DNA of 64,000 bases, taken from NCBI GenBank assembly GCA_951406725.2, contig OX597825.1, positions 15,314,001 to 15,378,000 of the forward strand, written 5' to 3'. The notes beneath the pieces are model-generated. The model was not told the origin of the DNA. It was given only the letters and a program-made list of their open reading frames with translations, and ran no database searches. Made by a program: the position numbers and the translations under genes. This DNA is from Octopus vulgaris (taxonomy: Eukaryota). This document shows positions 1 through 12,194 of the stretch, piece by piece; position 1 is the first letter of the stretch; each line of letters starts with the position of its first letter.

Positions 1-175
1 AAGTCGTTGGCCTAGTATATGTCCTAGAATACTATGTATATGTTCGCAAAACATGTCAATGATGCGATGACACTCTCCCCCAATATAAAGGACACCATAA
101 ATTCTATAACTACAAATGATGCACTATACGCTATTAATAGATATGTAGCAAAAAACACTTTGTCCGATGTGATTA

Positions 176-390
176 CAAGGGGATATTGAAAGTCTCTGGT
201 TTTGGGTAAAATAATATACAGGCGGATTAGTTCATTACGATTTTATTGAACGTATTTCTCTCTCTCAGACTCACACATATACAGCGGTTCTTCAGATTTC
301 CTAAGTCCTTTAAAAGAACTCTGTGTTTTTGGCTTCCGGCCTAGGCTTTCACGATACCCATACAACCGGTATCTTTTCAGTGCCCCGTCG
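176..390. mobile_element. Tc1/mariner-type MITE (decayed)
   Basis: Imperfect terminal inverted repeats ta|CAAGGGGATATTGAAAG ... CTTTTCAGTGCCCCGTCG|ta with TA on both flanks; no ORF. Confidence 0.6.
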
Positions 391-1165
391 TATATGAATA
401 ACGGGCGGTAATAATCGTGGTGTTGATGATGTAAACATAGGTACTACATTACCGTGGAAGGCACTAACCTGTACCTGGTCCCGTGTGGCTGGGTACCATT
501 AAAATTGCAAGAGTTTTACAGGCTTCCCACTTTGTTGAGGCATAAATGTCAGCATGGTTGTGTGGCGAGCGAATAGAATTTGGATGTTACGGATGAGTAT
601 GCTCTTCAATAGAAGAATAGATGCATAGAATGTAAACAAAATTGTATTATTTTATATTTAGTATTTTAGACAATAATTTGCGATATATTTCTGTTCATAT
701 GAGTACTTTCTAGCTTTGTAATGCTAGCAAAGTTTTTTTCCGGAACTTGCGAGGAGGATTGAACAAACTGTTTTCATTATGGTTTGCCAAATTATAGAAT
801 TGCTCCGATGAATTTTTGGCGTTAATCACAAGAAAACAATGTCATTATTGATAAACTATTTTCAAAGTGTTATGTGTCGCTTATGGCTCCAGTGCAAAAG
901 GAATCATGCTTGATTCTTCAGCAAAACTCTTTACATCTCCTGGGTGGTAAAACAAATTAATTAATACCTTGTAGAATATATATATATATACATCCAATAT
1001 TTCGAATATAGTCCTGTGAGAAAAGTTCCATCATCGATAATATTTGTGAAGAAAAATACGAAAACACAACATCTAGGTGTACATGGACCAGTTAATGCAA
1101 TATATACGTCTACACATATATATTGCATTCAACGCTGTTTCGTGCGGTCCCAGTGTTTTTGTTTT

Positions 1166-1313
1166 AATAGCTTGCTTACGAACCACATGGTTCTGGGTTC
1201 AGTCCCACTGCGTGGCACCTTAGATAAGTCTCTTCTACTATAGCCTCGGGCTGACCAAAGACTTGTAAGTGGATTTGGTAGACGGAAACTGAAAGAAGCC
1301 CGTCGTATATATG

Positions 1314-1344
<31 letters not shown>

Positions 1345-1582
1345 GTGTGTGTGTGTGTGTGTGTTTGTGTGTCTGTGTTTGTCCCTCCAACATCGCTTGA
1401 CAACCGATGCTGGTGTGTTTACATCCCCGTAATTTAACGGTTCGGCAAAAGAGAAACCGATAAATTAAGTACTAAGCTTACAAAGAATAAGTCCTGGTGT
1501 CGATTTGTTCGACTAAAGTCGGTGCTCCAACATGGCTGGCCGCAGTCAAATGACTGAAACAAGTAAAAAGGGTAAAAAGAGT
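1166..1582 (+). mobile_element. SINE family A (tRNA-derived, internal TA/TG microsatellite), 5'-truncated
   Basis: B-box-like GGTTCAGTCCC, body GTGGATTTGGTAGACGGAAACTGAAAGAAGCCCGTCG, 3' end GCAGTCAAATGACTGAAACAAGTAAAA; matches copies at 48329 and 55961. Confidence 0.9.
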
Positions 1583-2715
1583 ATCAGTAATTTTATAGTC
1601 TTGTAAATAAGAACACCCCTTATTATAGGGCTGTAAACGACTGAATCAATATTCATCGCTGATGAAGTGTAACCACACACAACTCACGCATCCTAAGAAT
1701 CGATGATGTTATTCATAGAGCAATTATGCGTCTTCCCATTTATTCTCGATGGCGAAAATTTTCCTCAAGAGACGATAACAGCAGTGAAAATTTTTACCAC
1801 GTTCGAATGCGCAAAAACGTGTTAAATATGATTGCATTCATATATACTTCATTCAACGCTAATTCGTTCGTCTCCACTTAGTGTTGCATTACATTTCATT
1901 ATCCTTTCTATATGTATAAATCAATCAATTATTATAACTAATAATTACGTGATAGATTTAATTTAATTTAATTTAATATCTTTGATCTTTTATTAATCTT
2001 ATTATGCTTAAATCTATTTCCATGGAAAAATATATGCTATATTATTTTAATACTTGAATCATTTTGTATTTGGTAATTAATTATGATCTTTAATATCATT
2101 TCATAAATATCTTACAATATATAGTCAATTTAATACAACGTTAGGTTTTCACAATTTCAATAGTTTGACATTATGCAAATAGATTCTTGTTAAATAGTGA
2201 TTCATATACAAGAAACCGCTTTAGTCTTCTAATTATAATGATATAGAGTACACTGCAGTAGTATTAACAGAAATAATCGCAACAAAATTTAAGTAACAGA
2301 AGCAACAAACACAACTTCTACCTTAATACGTTTCTGTCAAATATATATTGTACTTCTCTTTTATAATAAAAATGTGTTAGCTAGATTTAGATGATAATAA
2401 TAAAATACTTAAGGATTCAACTAAATTTATAGACAAAATTCGCTCAACAGCAGCTAAAAATCTTAGCTAGAAAAATGAAACAAAATAATGTATCTCCACA
2501 TATTGCTTTTTATTAAAGACGCTAGAAGGAGTATTCATTAACATAATACATGCTCTCAGAGATAAATTTTCATCATCTCGGTAAATTACATATATGCAAT
2601 ACTAAGTTGTTCAGTTCACACAGAAGAATAATCCTCTGGGTATTTCCCTAAACTGAATTATTAATATTCTTAAATCAGAACTATTACATTGTATCTAATG
2701 TGATATTCTCTCTTT

Positions 2716-3147
2716 CTCTTTTACTTGTTTCAGTAATTTGACTGTGGCCATGCTGGAGCATCGCCTTTAGTCGAGCAAATCGACCCCAGGACATATTCTT
2801 TGGAAGCCTAATACTAATTGTATCGGTCTCTCTTGCCGAACCGCTAAGTTATGGGGACGTAAACACACCAGCATCGGTTGTCAAGTGATGTTGGGAGGAC
2901 AAACGTGGACACAGAAACACGCACATACATATATATATATATATATACATATATACGACGGGCTTCTTTCAGTTTCCGTCTACCAAATCCACTCACAAGG
3001 CTTTGGTAGGCCCGAGGCTATATTAGAAGACACTTGCCGAAGGTGCCACGCTGTGGGACTGAACCCGGGACAATGTGGTTGGTAAGCAAGCTACTTACCA
3101 CACAGCCACTTACCACAGCTACTTACCAGACAGCCACTCCTACGCCT
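2716..3147 (-). mobile_element. SINE family A, full length
   Basis: Reverse complement of the family A consensus; head contains a local duplication of CTACTTACCA(C/G)ACAGCCACT. Confidence 0.9.
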
Positions 3148-3470
3148 ACCTATATAGGTATATATATATATATCGAAACGCAGAGTAGATGAAATAGAGG
3201 ACAACTGATGAAGGGAATGTACTTTATGTTGCCTGTCTCGTTTCTCATTTTGTCAACAGGTTTTTTTTTGTCGTCTACCCATATGTGCATGTATATATAC
3301 ATATATATGCAGGAATGTACATATATGTATACATGCATATACGTATATATTATTTAAATTATTATATGATCGATCTCCAGGCATCCATTTCCAAGGAAGT
3401 TTTATCTATGTATCTAATTTATCTACCTATTTGTGTATGTATATATATATTACGGATATGTACTTACATA

Positions 3471-3695
3471 GCAAGTGACCTGATCTGAGATCATATGCTG
3501 GAACGAAAACAATTGCAGCGTGGAAGGTGCTTATAAGCCATTTAAGATGCAGCACGGAATTTTGTCAGTGAACAGGTCGCGCTCTCATAGCGACGAAAAT
3601 ATCTTCACAAATTAAATTTAAATGTCGAAGTGAATCTAACGGATTTTGAGTGTTGTTTCTTAAGTGGCTTATAAACACCTTCCACGCTGCAACTG
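3471..3695. mobile_element. Fold-back element (Penelope-type terminal repeat piece) with hammerhead motif; copy 1
   Basis: Arms 3510-3547 / 3658-3695 are inverted; abuts (TA)n at 3698; second copy of the family at 19860-20118. Confidence 0.75.
3561..3611 (+). ncRNA. Minimal type-I hammerhead ribozyme motif, G3-C8 core variant (decayed)
   Basis: UUUGUCA-GUGAACA-G-GUCGC-gcucucaua-GCGAC-GAAA-AUAU-CU-UCACAAA. Stem II is perfect; U16.1 and one stem I base differ from the 19981 copy. Confidence 0.65.
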
Positions 3696-3697
3696 AT

Positions 3698-3743
<46 letters not shown>

Positions 3744-3753
3744 TATATGTATA

Positions 3754-3816
<63 letters not shown>

Positions 3817-3865
3817 AAAAAAGAATTTTGAAAACGCCACTATATTAGATAAATTTTAATTTTCT

Positions 3866-3920
3866 TATGAATTTTACATGTTTCGGTTCTTGAAAAAACG
3901 AACCTTATCAAATATATTAT
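3866..3920 (-). ncRNA. Minimal type-I hammerhead ribozyme motif, U3-A8 core variant, in the 3' end of the Penelope-like element
   Basis: Minus strand reads UUGAUAA-GGUUC-guuuuuucaa-GAACC-GAAA-CAUG-UA: 5-bp stem II, palindromic stem III ACAUGU, GUA triplet; stem I is partly mismatched. Confidence 0.7.
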
Positions 3921-4744
3921 AAAAAGTGCAATAGAAAACTTCATAATCGTTTCTAACTGTTCTCAATAGAATCCATATGGTGGTGCTTTGTCGGTAGTTG
4001 GTATGATCGCTATATTACTGTTGAGTGTAGTGAAGAAGTCCATTATTGTTTCTTGCTGATATCAAAAGGAACCGCTTTTTTGTTACCTTGTGTTCCAATG
4101 GTAGCAACAGTAGTGATTGTTGGTCAGAGTAGTAGTAACTTGTGGCTGTTACTATTGGTCATAATTTTGGCAACCTTGGTGGTGGTTGGGGTTGTAGCAG
4201 TTAAGCTGTGGCCGTGGCAGCAGCAGCAGCAGGAGTAGAGGACTGTTGATCGTAGCAGCAATAGTGGTCGTTTCACTGGCACTGTTCACTGACGTCACAT
4301 AATTCCAAACCAATCAACACCAAACTTCACGAATACAAGGAAAAGACCCATAACTGTATCCTGTAAGGAAACCAACCAAGCAGAACGACAAGCTTGACCA
4401 CGGAAGAAAAACGTCATCCATTTTTTAACGAATCAAAATCAGATCTGCTCGCAGAAAAAATTTTTTTTATAAATTCATCTTTCCCCAAAACATACCACTG
4501 CAAGTGGGAGTGACTGTTTAAAGATCTGAGAAATTGTAATTCCCCCCACCTCCACCCTTTTTTACTATTTTAATTCTCACACTGTGGTCGTAGCAGCAGC
4601 AGTAGCAGTAGAGGGCTGTTGATCGTAGCAGCAATAGTAGTGACCACGGTGGTCGTAGTAGTAGTGCTAGTGGAAGCAGTCGTAGTGGTCGTGGTGGTTG
4701 TGGTAGAATTTCATTTTTCCTTTTCCGAAGACCAATGTTTTGTT

Positions 4745-6435
4745 TTAATATTCCTGGCCCAGGGTGTTCAAACTTGGTCTAAATTTTTTGATGAAATAAA
4801 GTTCTTTATTTTGGCGTTGGGTGAAGGTTACGCTGTCACTGAATTTGTAAAGCGGGTAAGTTGTAAATTTCGGATTTTTATTTGTAGCACATCTATCTAT
4901 GTGTCCGCTGACCGGTATTTTCCGGTATTCAGGGTTTCTAATTTGGGATTTATTCACCGCCATCCTTTCACGTAAGCTATTTTTTGTATGGCCTATAATA
5001 CTGCCGATTGCAGCCTGCGCATGTTAAGACGTAAATTAAGTTTTCTGATGCACAGGTGAAGTTTGTTCTAATGGTGAACTGATGGCCTTGTTCTAGTATA
5101 AATTCTGAACCTTCTACCAAGATGACACAGATTCTGCAGTTGGGCCTTCCACATTTTCTAACTGCTGGTTTTGTGGTTGATGTTGAGTGCAGTTTACCTT
5201 GGGGTAAAATCCTTTTCAAGGATTTTGGTTGCCGTTTACTTTTAATGATGGTGTGTGTTTCGAGGATCCGGTTCATCTTTGGGTCTCCCTTTAGTAGGGC
5301 TGTGCTTTGTAGTATGGTGCTGAAGGCCTCATTGTTAAGTGGGTTGTGTGTAGAGATGTAGGGAAGGGTTTTTAATGTTTCTTTATTTTTTGGTTTTGTT
5401 TGTCTCAGGTATTCTATACTTAATTTAAGTGCCCGTTGGATTGCACTGTCTATTAGAAGATGTGGGTAATTTCTATTTATGAGTGTAGTTCTAAGTTCCT
5501 GGAGACGTGTGTGTCGGGTGTTTGTGTCTGATATTATGGTGCAAATCCTTCTAGCTAAACAAAATGGGACATTTATTCTAATGTGTCTTGGGTGGCATGA
5601 ATCAAATGGTAGGTACTGTTTGGAGTCTGTCGGTTTATAATAGATATCTGTCTCTATTTTGTTGCCGGGTTTCTTAATGAGGATGTCTAAAAATGGTAAT
5701 TCTTCTTCGTTATGATCCATCGTGAATTGTATATTATCATTTATTCCATTTAATATTATTTTAAATTACTCAAGTTTCTCTATACTTTTATCCCAGAGGA
5801 TAAAGCAGTCGTCGAGGTTACTTTCCAGTTGTTATGGATATAGATGGAGAAGGTATTTCCGTATTTCTCGAGTGTTATCTGGTAGAGTATTTTCTCGAGG
5901 TATCCCATCACTAGGTTGGCAAAAGAAGGCGCAGTACGCGTGCCCATCGCTGTTCCCGATCTTTGTCTGTAGAAATTATTGTCAAAAATAAAGTAATTGT
6001 TTTCTAAAATAAATCTAATCCTTCTATTATAAGTTCTTTATTTATGCGAGTTGGGAGTTCAAAGGAGTAGTTACTTAGCCAGAAAGTGATCGCTTCTATT
6101 CCTAGGGTGTGAGGAATGTTTGAATAAAGGTTAATTACGTCGAAGGATACTAGAAGATTTTTCTCATTGACTGTTTTAGGGAGGTAGTTAAGCATGTCTA
6201 TATCGTCTCTTACGTAGCGTTTGATGTGCTTTAGGAAAGGTTTAAGAAGTGTGTCTAAGAAATTGCTGAGGCGGTGAGTTTCACATGCTGGGCCTGCTAT
6301 TATCGGTCTAAATTTAAGATCATTTGGTGAAGGGATTTTGATGAGTATATCGGTAGATGTTTTGCATGTTTCACTAATTATTTGCCTTTTGTGGACTTTA
6401 GGGATACCGTAGAACAAACTTGATTTGCACTTGAA
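4745..6435 (-). pseudogene. Penelope-like reverse transcriptase / GIY-YIG endonuclease, frameshifted
   Basis: Motifs in order across frames: YGIPKVHK, FRPII, LVSFDVINLYSNIPH, GTAMG, (N)LDDCFILW, LPFLD, YYKPT, SCHP, CGRPNCRIC linker, FTCASENLIYVLTCAGCNRQYY, ELYFIKKFRPSLN. Several frameshifts and stops. Confidence 0.93.
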
Positions 6436-6554
6436 GTTAGTGATATATATATATATATATATATAGCAGAGTTAGTTTATTCTACATGAGTAGAAATATA
6501 GGAAAAACAGAGAAAGCACGGAGAATAGTTGAAATATTTTTATTAATATATTTA

Positions 6555-6599
6555 CAACTTTAACCAGTTTCACTATTTACATTGATTTTCAAAAAGTTG
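6555..6599 (-). ncRNA. Minimal type-I hammerhead ribozyme motif, U3-A8 core variant
   Basis: Minus strand reads CAACUUU-UUGAAAA-ucaauguaaauagu-GAAA-CUGG-UU-AAAGUUG: 7-bp perfect stem I, weak stem II, followed by AAUAAA and then (TA)n about 90 nt later. Confidence 0.6.
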
Positions 6600-7261
6600 A
6601 AATAGAAAGACGTGGCTTATGTCACAGCTGTCTTGATCTATTTTCATTGGGAATTCATCGCTCAAATTACTATGTTTTGCATAGGATTTGATTGGTAGAA
6701 GATAATCACATGAATGGTCTTAGTAATTTTGCTGGTTCCACACTACGTTCATGTGTTAGTATCAAGTGACAATGTCTGGCTTCGTAAGTCAAGGCTGAAA
6801 AACAGTCAGTGCTGTGAAAAACCTGTCATGTGACTATCACCGACCAATCAAATTCTACTCAAAACATTTACTATGTACTTCGAGAGCAGAGTGTGAGTAT
6901 AGAGATTCTAGGATAGAAGACAATAAAGAGTGAATGGAATTATAACATATTAGATTCAGTGGTCATTAGAGAAACAGCTGTCATTCTAATAGCACATCTT
7001 TCATGTGATTAGGAAGCAAGCTTCTCTCCACGCAACCACTTCTGCGTCTGTACACAGCTACATTCTATAGAAATTATCAGCACAGTATATATACATATAT
7101 ATATATATATAATGTGAAATGTGGGGTATACCTCGTTCAGAGATTTATTATATATGTGTATGTATATATATATATATATATATATATACTATATTTTGTG
7201 AAATTTGATTTAGTATTTCTAAATTGAATTTTTCCTTGTAAGTTTTAAATAATAGTCCCTC

Positions 7262-7262
<1 letters not shown>

Positions 7263-7335
<73 letters not shown>

Positions 7336-7339
7336 ATTA

Positions 7340-7342
<3 letters not shown>
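7263..7342. repeat. (TTA)n microsatellite followed by (TA)n
   Basis: Direct inspection. Confidence 0.95.
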
Positions 7343-7392
<50 letters not shown>

Positions 7393-8200
7393 CTGATATC
7401 CCTAGAATGAAATCGGCTTAATTTCAGAATGTTATTCTTTGATTGTATTAAACATGCGAGACACCGCTATATTTGTATTTAATATAGAGAACACGCTTCT
7501 GAGGTACTGCCCTTGAGTATTATTTTAAAAACAAAAACAGAAATTTATCAATTTATGTTGCCCTGAAAATAAATATAACATAATTATGTATTCATGTATT
7601 TATTTTATGTCATATCACATACACATAGACGCGAGCACAGCACACATGCCGAAACACACACACACACACACATACACACACATACACACACACACGATCT
7701 TGAAACCTATCGTAAAATGGTGGAGATGAATTTCATTCTGCCAATCTCCCAACTTAAGCTGCTAGAGTTTTAATACCATTAGGATTAGGCGGTTGACAGC
7801 CTTCACTAAAATCGTTTATTTATTTTGTAGGTTCAACTAATGTTTGTCTCTATCAAGTATGATTTTATAATTGAAAAAATATTGATATTTGCCACAGTAG
7901 ATGAATAAATATGTTGAGTTTGTATTTTTCAGCAATGCAATCAGAGGCGAGATTTAAACACGAGAAATAGATTAAAAAATAAACAAAAGAATATTCCAAT
8001 AAAATGATTTATCGTTTACTTTGTTTTTAATTATATATTTTCTTATGATAAGAGCTTAAAATAATAACAGGAATTTAACTTCGAAGACAGAGTTGAAGAA
8101 TTGCCAAACAATGGCTTATTTGTGATATGGATGAGAGAGATGAGCTATTAGAATGTCAGATGTTTCTCTAATGACCACTAAGAAAAATAAATAAATGAGC

Positions 8201-8441
8201 CCTTTTAAAGCCTAGCCAGGCTCATGGGCCCGGTTTCCCGGTTTCTATGGCGTATGTGTTCCCCAGCTTGGCAGGACGCCAGTTCATCGCGGCCTTACTC
8301 ATTTTTGCTAGCTGAGTGGACTGGATCAACGTGAAATGGAGTGTTTTGCTCCAGACCACAACCCGTCGCCCGGTCCAGGAATCGAAACTACAATATTATG
8401 ATCATGATGCTGACACCCTAACCTCCAAGCTACGCGCCTCC
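8201..8441 (-). mobile_element. SINE family D (tRNA-derived head)
   Basis: Minus-strand head GGAGGCGCGTAGCTT... with B-box-like GTTTCGATTCC; shares body CACT(T/C)CATTTCACGTTG(C/A)TCCAGT with copies at 32410 and 51216. Confidence 0.75.
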
Positions 8442-8608
8442 ACACTGGCACTGATACTCATGCTATAATTCCATTTTCCCTTTGTGTTCTGTCTCAGAAT
8501 ATCTGTACACACTCTGCCTCAGTTTGTTTGTCCTAAAGAAAGAACCATTTCTATTCCAAAATTGATTGGTTTGAAGTAAGAAGATCTTTATTTGAACTGC
8601 CAATCTGG

Positions 8609-8640
8609 CAACTGTAAACCTACTTTTGGGCCACCTTGTA
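8609..8640 (-). mobile_element. Possible solo Tc1/mariner terminal inverted repeat
   Basis: Minus strand TA-CAAGGTGGCCCAAAAGTAGGTTTACAGTTG resembles Tc1/mariner termini (TACAGGGTGG...); no partner end found. Confidence 0.35.
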
Positions 8641-9892
8641 CAATAGTGATTTTGATCAGTGTATTGAACTCTCCCAAGCCTTTTGTGCCAGACTGTGTGA
8701 CCAGTATACTTGATAACAGACATCATAAGCATCCATTTTGGCCAACGTCTGTAACAGAACTACTAACACATTTTGAAACACATGTCTATCACATTCCAGT
8801 TTAATGTAATCCAAAATACACTATAGAAAGTCCAATATGATTTGCATCAATACCTTAGCAGCTACTTTATGTCTTATAGGATTATTTGTGACTAAAATTC
8901 TGAGTTGAAATTGTATTCAGCATAACACTGCTTGGTAAATTATATAAAATAGATTAAGAAAATTAATTTATGCATGATGTAAAAGAAAATAAATCCCACC
9001 AATTTCGTGCAACTTCTAATCTCTACCTCTTAGAATTTAAAATGCATGATATTCAAAAATGACTAACAGAACAGCTGAAGAACATCAGTTTGTATTACTC
9101 AAGCATACATTTGGATTCTCCAATATTCTTAACCGACATCATGCTTAACTTAACTGCAATATTTTACTGTTCACATAGTTATAGATTAAAAATAAAATAA
9201 AATGCGATAAACAAACAACACTGCTAACCATTAACCTGATATAAACTTCCCTAAAGCGAAAATAGTTATATAAGATATTCATCAGACAAAACAGAAACAT
9301 CAAACGTAAAAGTATACCATAAAATAAAAATACAAAATGCATTGTAAAATTTTGTAGATTAGCTTGACAAATAAGCAGAGAAACAAAAAAATATAAATCG
9401 TCATTGCCAACATTGCCATCATCATCATTATCCTCATCATTAGGAATATCTACTTCACCAAAAGCACAATCATCAATATTTATGTCTTTTTGTTTTGGAG
9501 GACATTTTTTTTCTGTGTGTATTTTACCTTTGTGTAATAGTAATACATGTTAGGAGATGTGCTGTAAATATTTTTCTGACTGCTCTCAAAACTATGTGAA
9601 TGTAAAATTAGATTTTAAAAAAAAATTGTTTTCTTTGGTTTAGCTTTACACATGCCAATAGCAATTTTAGTAAATATATATTCTTTATTTGATATTTTTA
9701 CACAAAATATTTGGTGTTTACATACTTTGACTGCCACATCAGCATAAACAACACTCTCAATGATTTCCTTTACTCACTGATTAACATTCGTTCGTTGGTA
9801 ATGATAGAATGGATATTATTGACCAGTCCTTCGCGTGTCTATGATTCTTTCACCTGATACGATTGCTTACAGAATACTGTACAGCGAAAGAA

Positions 9893-10283
9893 TGGTTGCG
9901 TGGTAAGACGTTTGATTCTAGACTACATGGCTCCTGGTTCAGTCCCAATGCGTAGCAGCTTGGACAAATGGTTTCTAATATAGCTTCAAGCCAGCCAAAG
10001 TTGAATGAGTGGATTTGGTAGACGGAAACTGAAAGAATTGCGTCGCATATACAGTATATATATATGTGTGTGACTGTCTGTCTATTTCTCTCTCGGTTTG
10101 TCTGTGTCTTTCCGCTTATATTCGTTCCACCACCACCACTTGATAAATAATGTTGATGTGACCGATATAATAATTACATTTTTTTTTTAAATAAAAAAGC
10201 ACAGAGTTTGATTCATTCGACCAAAATTCTTCAAAGTGGTTCCCCAAGATGGCCACAGTCTAATAACTGAAACAGATAAAGGA
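9893..10283 (+). mobile_element. SINE family A, older diverged copy
   Basis: GGTTCAGTCCC, GTGGATTTGGTAGACGGAAACTGAAAGAA and 3' ATGGCCACAGTCTAATAACTGAAAC blocks in consensus order. Confidence 0.8.
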
Positions 10284-11639
10284 TAACTGCTCTAATGGAC
10301 AACAATTTAAACAAGTCGAACATTGCATCCTGTTGCAAATAATTACTCTTAGATAAACTGCCATGATTTGTTTTTTATATAAAGTAGGCACTAGATTCTG
10401 GCACTTTAGAGTGACGTTTATAGCTTGTTCATACACCCAATCGTTACCAGGTTGTTTACCACTTCTATGACTTCGATCATATAAGGTTCACATAATTTTT
10501 TTATAAAAAATTTGCCTGCGCTCTCCGTACATGATTGTTAGCGACCTTATATTCTATTTTTCTTAGAGGTTTAGAATAGATAGAACATGGTTGAATACTA
10601 AAAAGCTCTTGTAGAATAGCAACTTCCTAATCTGACGGATCGCTTCTTCTCGTTTTAGGGGCCTGCTCTGGCAAAGTCCCATTGATTACGCTAATATATG
10701 TCACTGTTCTCCTTTTAAAATATGATATTTACGTGTCCCCTTAGCCATTTACTTTCTTTCCATACATACGTAATGTCTTTCATCTTCGAAATGCTGTCTA
10801 TATCATGTAAACTCAGGCTGCCGTTTCGGAAAGATGCTTTTCCGCAGCTCTTAAGTATTTGCAAAGGAAAAATACATACAAACATGTGTGTGTGTGAATG
10901 TGTGTGTTGGTGTGTGTGTATATGTGTGTGTGTGTGTGCGTTTTTGTGTATATGTGCGTGTGTGTATGTAGTCGTTTTCCGATGTAGCTAAACGTGCTTG
11001 TACCTAAGTTTTATGCCTATAGTTGTGAATGTACTATCATGTTCAAATGCTACCTATATAATCCTTTATTCTGAATAATGAATATTCTACAGATGTTTTG
11101 TTATTTCTCTCATGTACCTATCTTAGTATAATTTGTTCTAACAGAAAATCTAGTTTATAGTGAGCATCAATAATGCATCTTGGCATTGATACAGTTTTTC
11201 TCTTTAATATATATATATATACATATCTTTTTATTAAAACAAGATACCTCAGAATCCTTAACCTCATTCAGCCCAACTACCCATTCTGGTCCCTCTAATT
11301 TCATGTGTCATACCTTGAACTAAAATTTCCTCCCTTTCTTTTCTATCTCAAACAAAAGCGAAACTAGAAACGTTTTACATATTCAGTGTAGCTAAATTCA
11401 TAGATTCCTCCCTAAAAATCATAATAAAAAAAACACTTCAGTATTATTCATATGCTGTTGAACAATAAATGACATGAATTTACGTAGCAATGTGTGCGTG
11501 CCCTCATGTATGCGCTTTAGATTCAAATCTAGATTTCACTTTTCTTGAAGTTCTTTGTTTGAAATGTCAGGTTACTGACATGTGCACTGAATTGTAGCCA
11601 TGCCAACGTATAATTCTTTCCTTAAAATAAAATTATACC

Positions 11640-11688
<49 letters not shown>

Positions 11689-12072
11689 GTAGACTGCGTA
11701 TGTTTACAAACATATATGAGTGTGTGTATATATATATGACTACGTATATATACATATATGTATATATATTTATATATATATGTATATATATATAAACATA
11801 TATATATATATATATATATATATTGGTGTAATGAAGTAGACAATATATATATATATATATATCTTGTTTACTTCATTACACCGAATTGAAGAAAAGTACG
11901 TCGTACTTCCTAACTCAGTACTGAATATGGACATTAAAACCCTACATTGAATTGTTCATTCTATTGTTCATTAATGTTTATAGAGCTATTCAATATAACA
12001 GGGTATAACAATAGAAACATAAGATAGAATGAAATAAAATATAAAATATTTTTGCTTTTATCGAAATACATG

Positions 12073-12110
<38 letters not shown>

Positions 12111-12124
12111 TTACATACATATGC

Positions 12125-12194
<70 letters not shown>

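Larger units (their letters stand above)
3812..6443 (-). mobile_element. Penelope-like retroelement (Neptune-like), 5'-truncated, inserted in (TA)n
   Basis: RT and GIY-YIG remnants (see pseudogene entry), low-complexity 3' region, hammerhead motif about 60 nt from the 3' end; (TA)n tracts on both sides (3698-3811, 6444-6464). Confidence 0.88.

Noticed and set aside
990-1045. Minus-strand TCGATGA...TTCGAAATATT next to a TA run
   Set aside because: Needs several assumed mutations in the core and stem I, and there is no second copy to confirm.
3174-3285. CTGATGA at 3205-3211 preceded by GAAACG as a hammerhead
   Set aside because: No stem II partner or downstream GAAA, and stem I does not pair in the permuted reading. 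Possibly a broken terminus, but unsupported.
4053-4975. Hydrophobic Val-rich plus-strand ORFs resembling membrane proteins
   Set aside because: Antisense reading of the GTA/GTG-rich 3' region and ORF end of the Penelope-like element.
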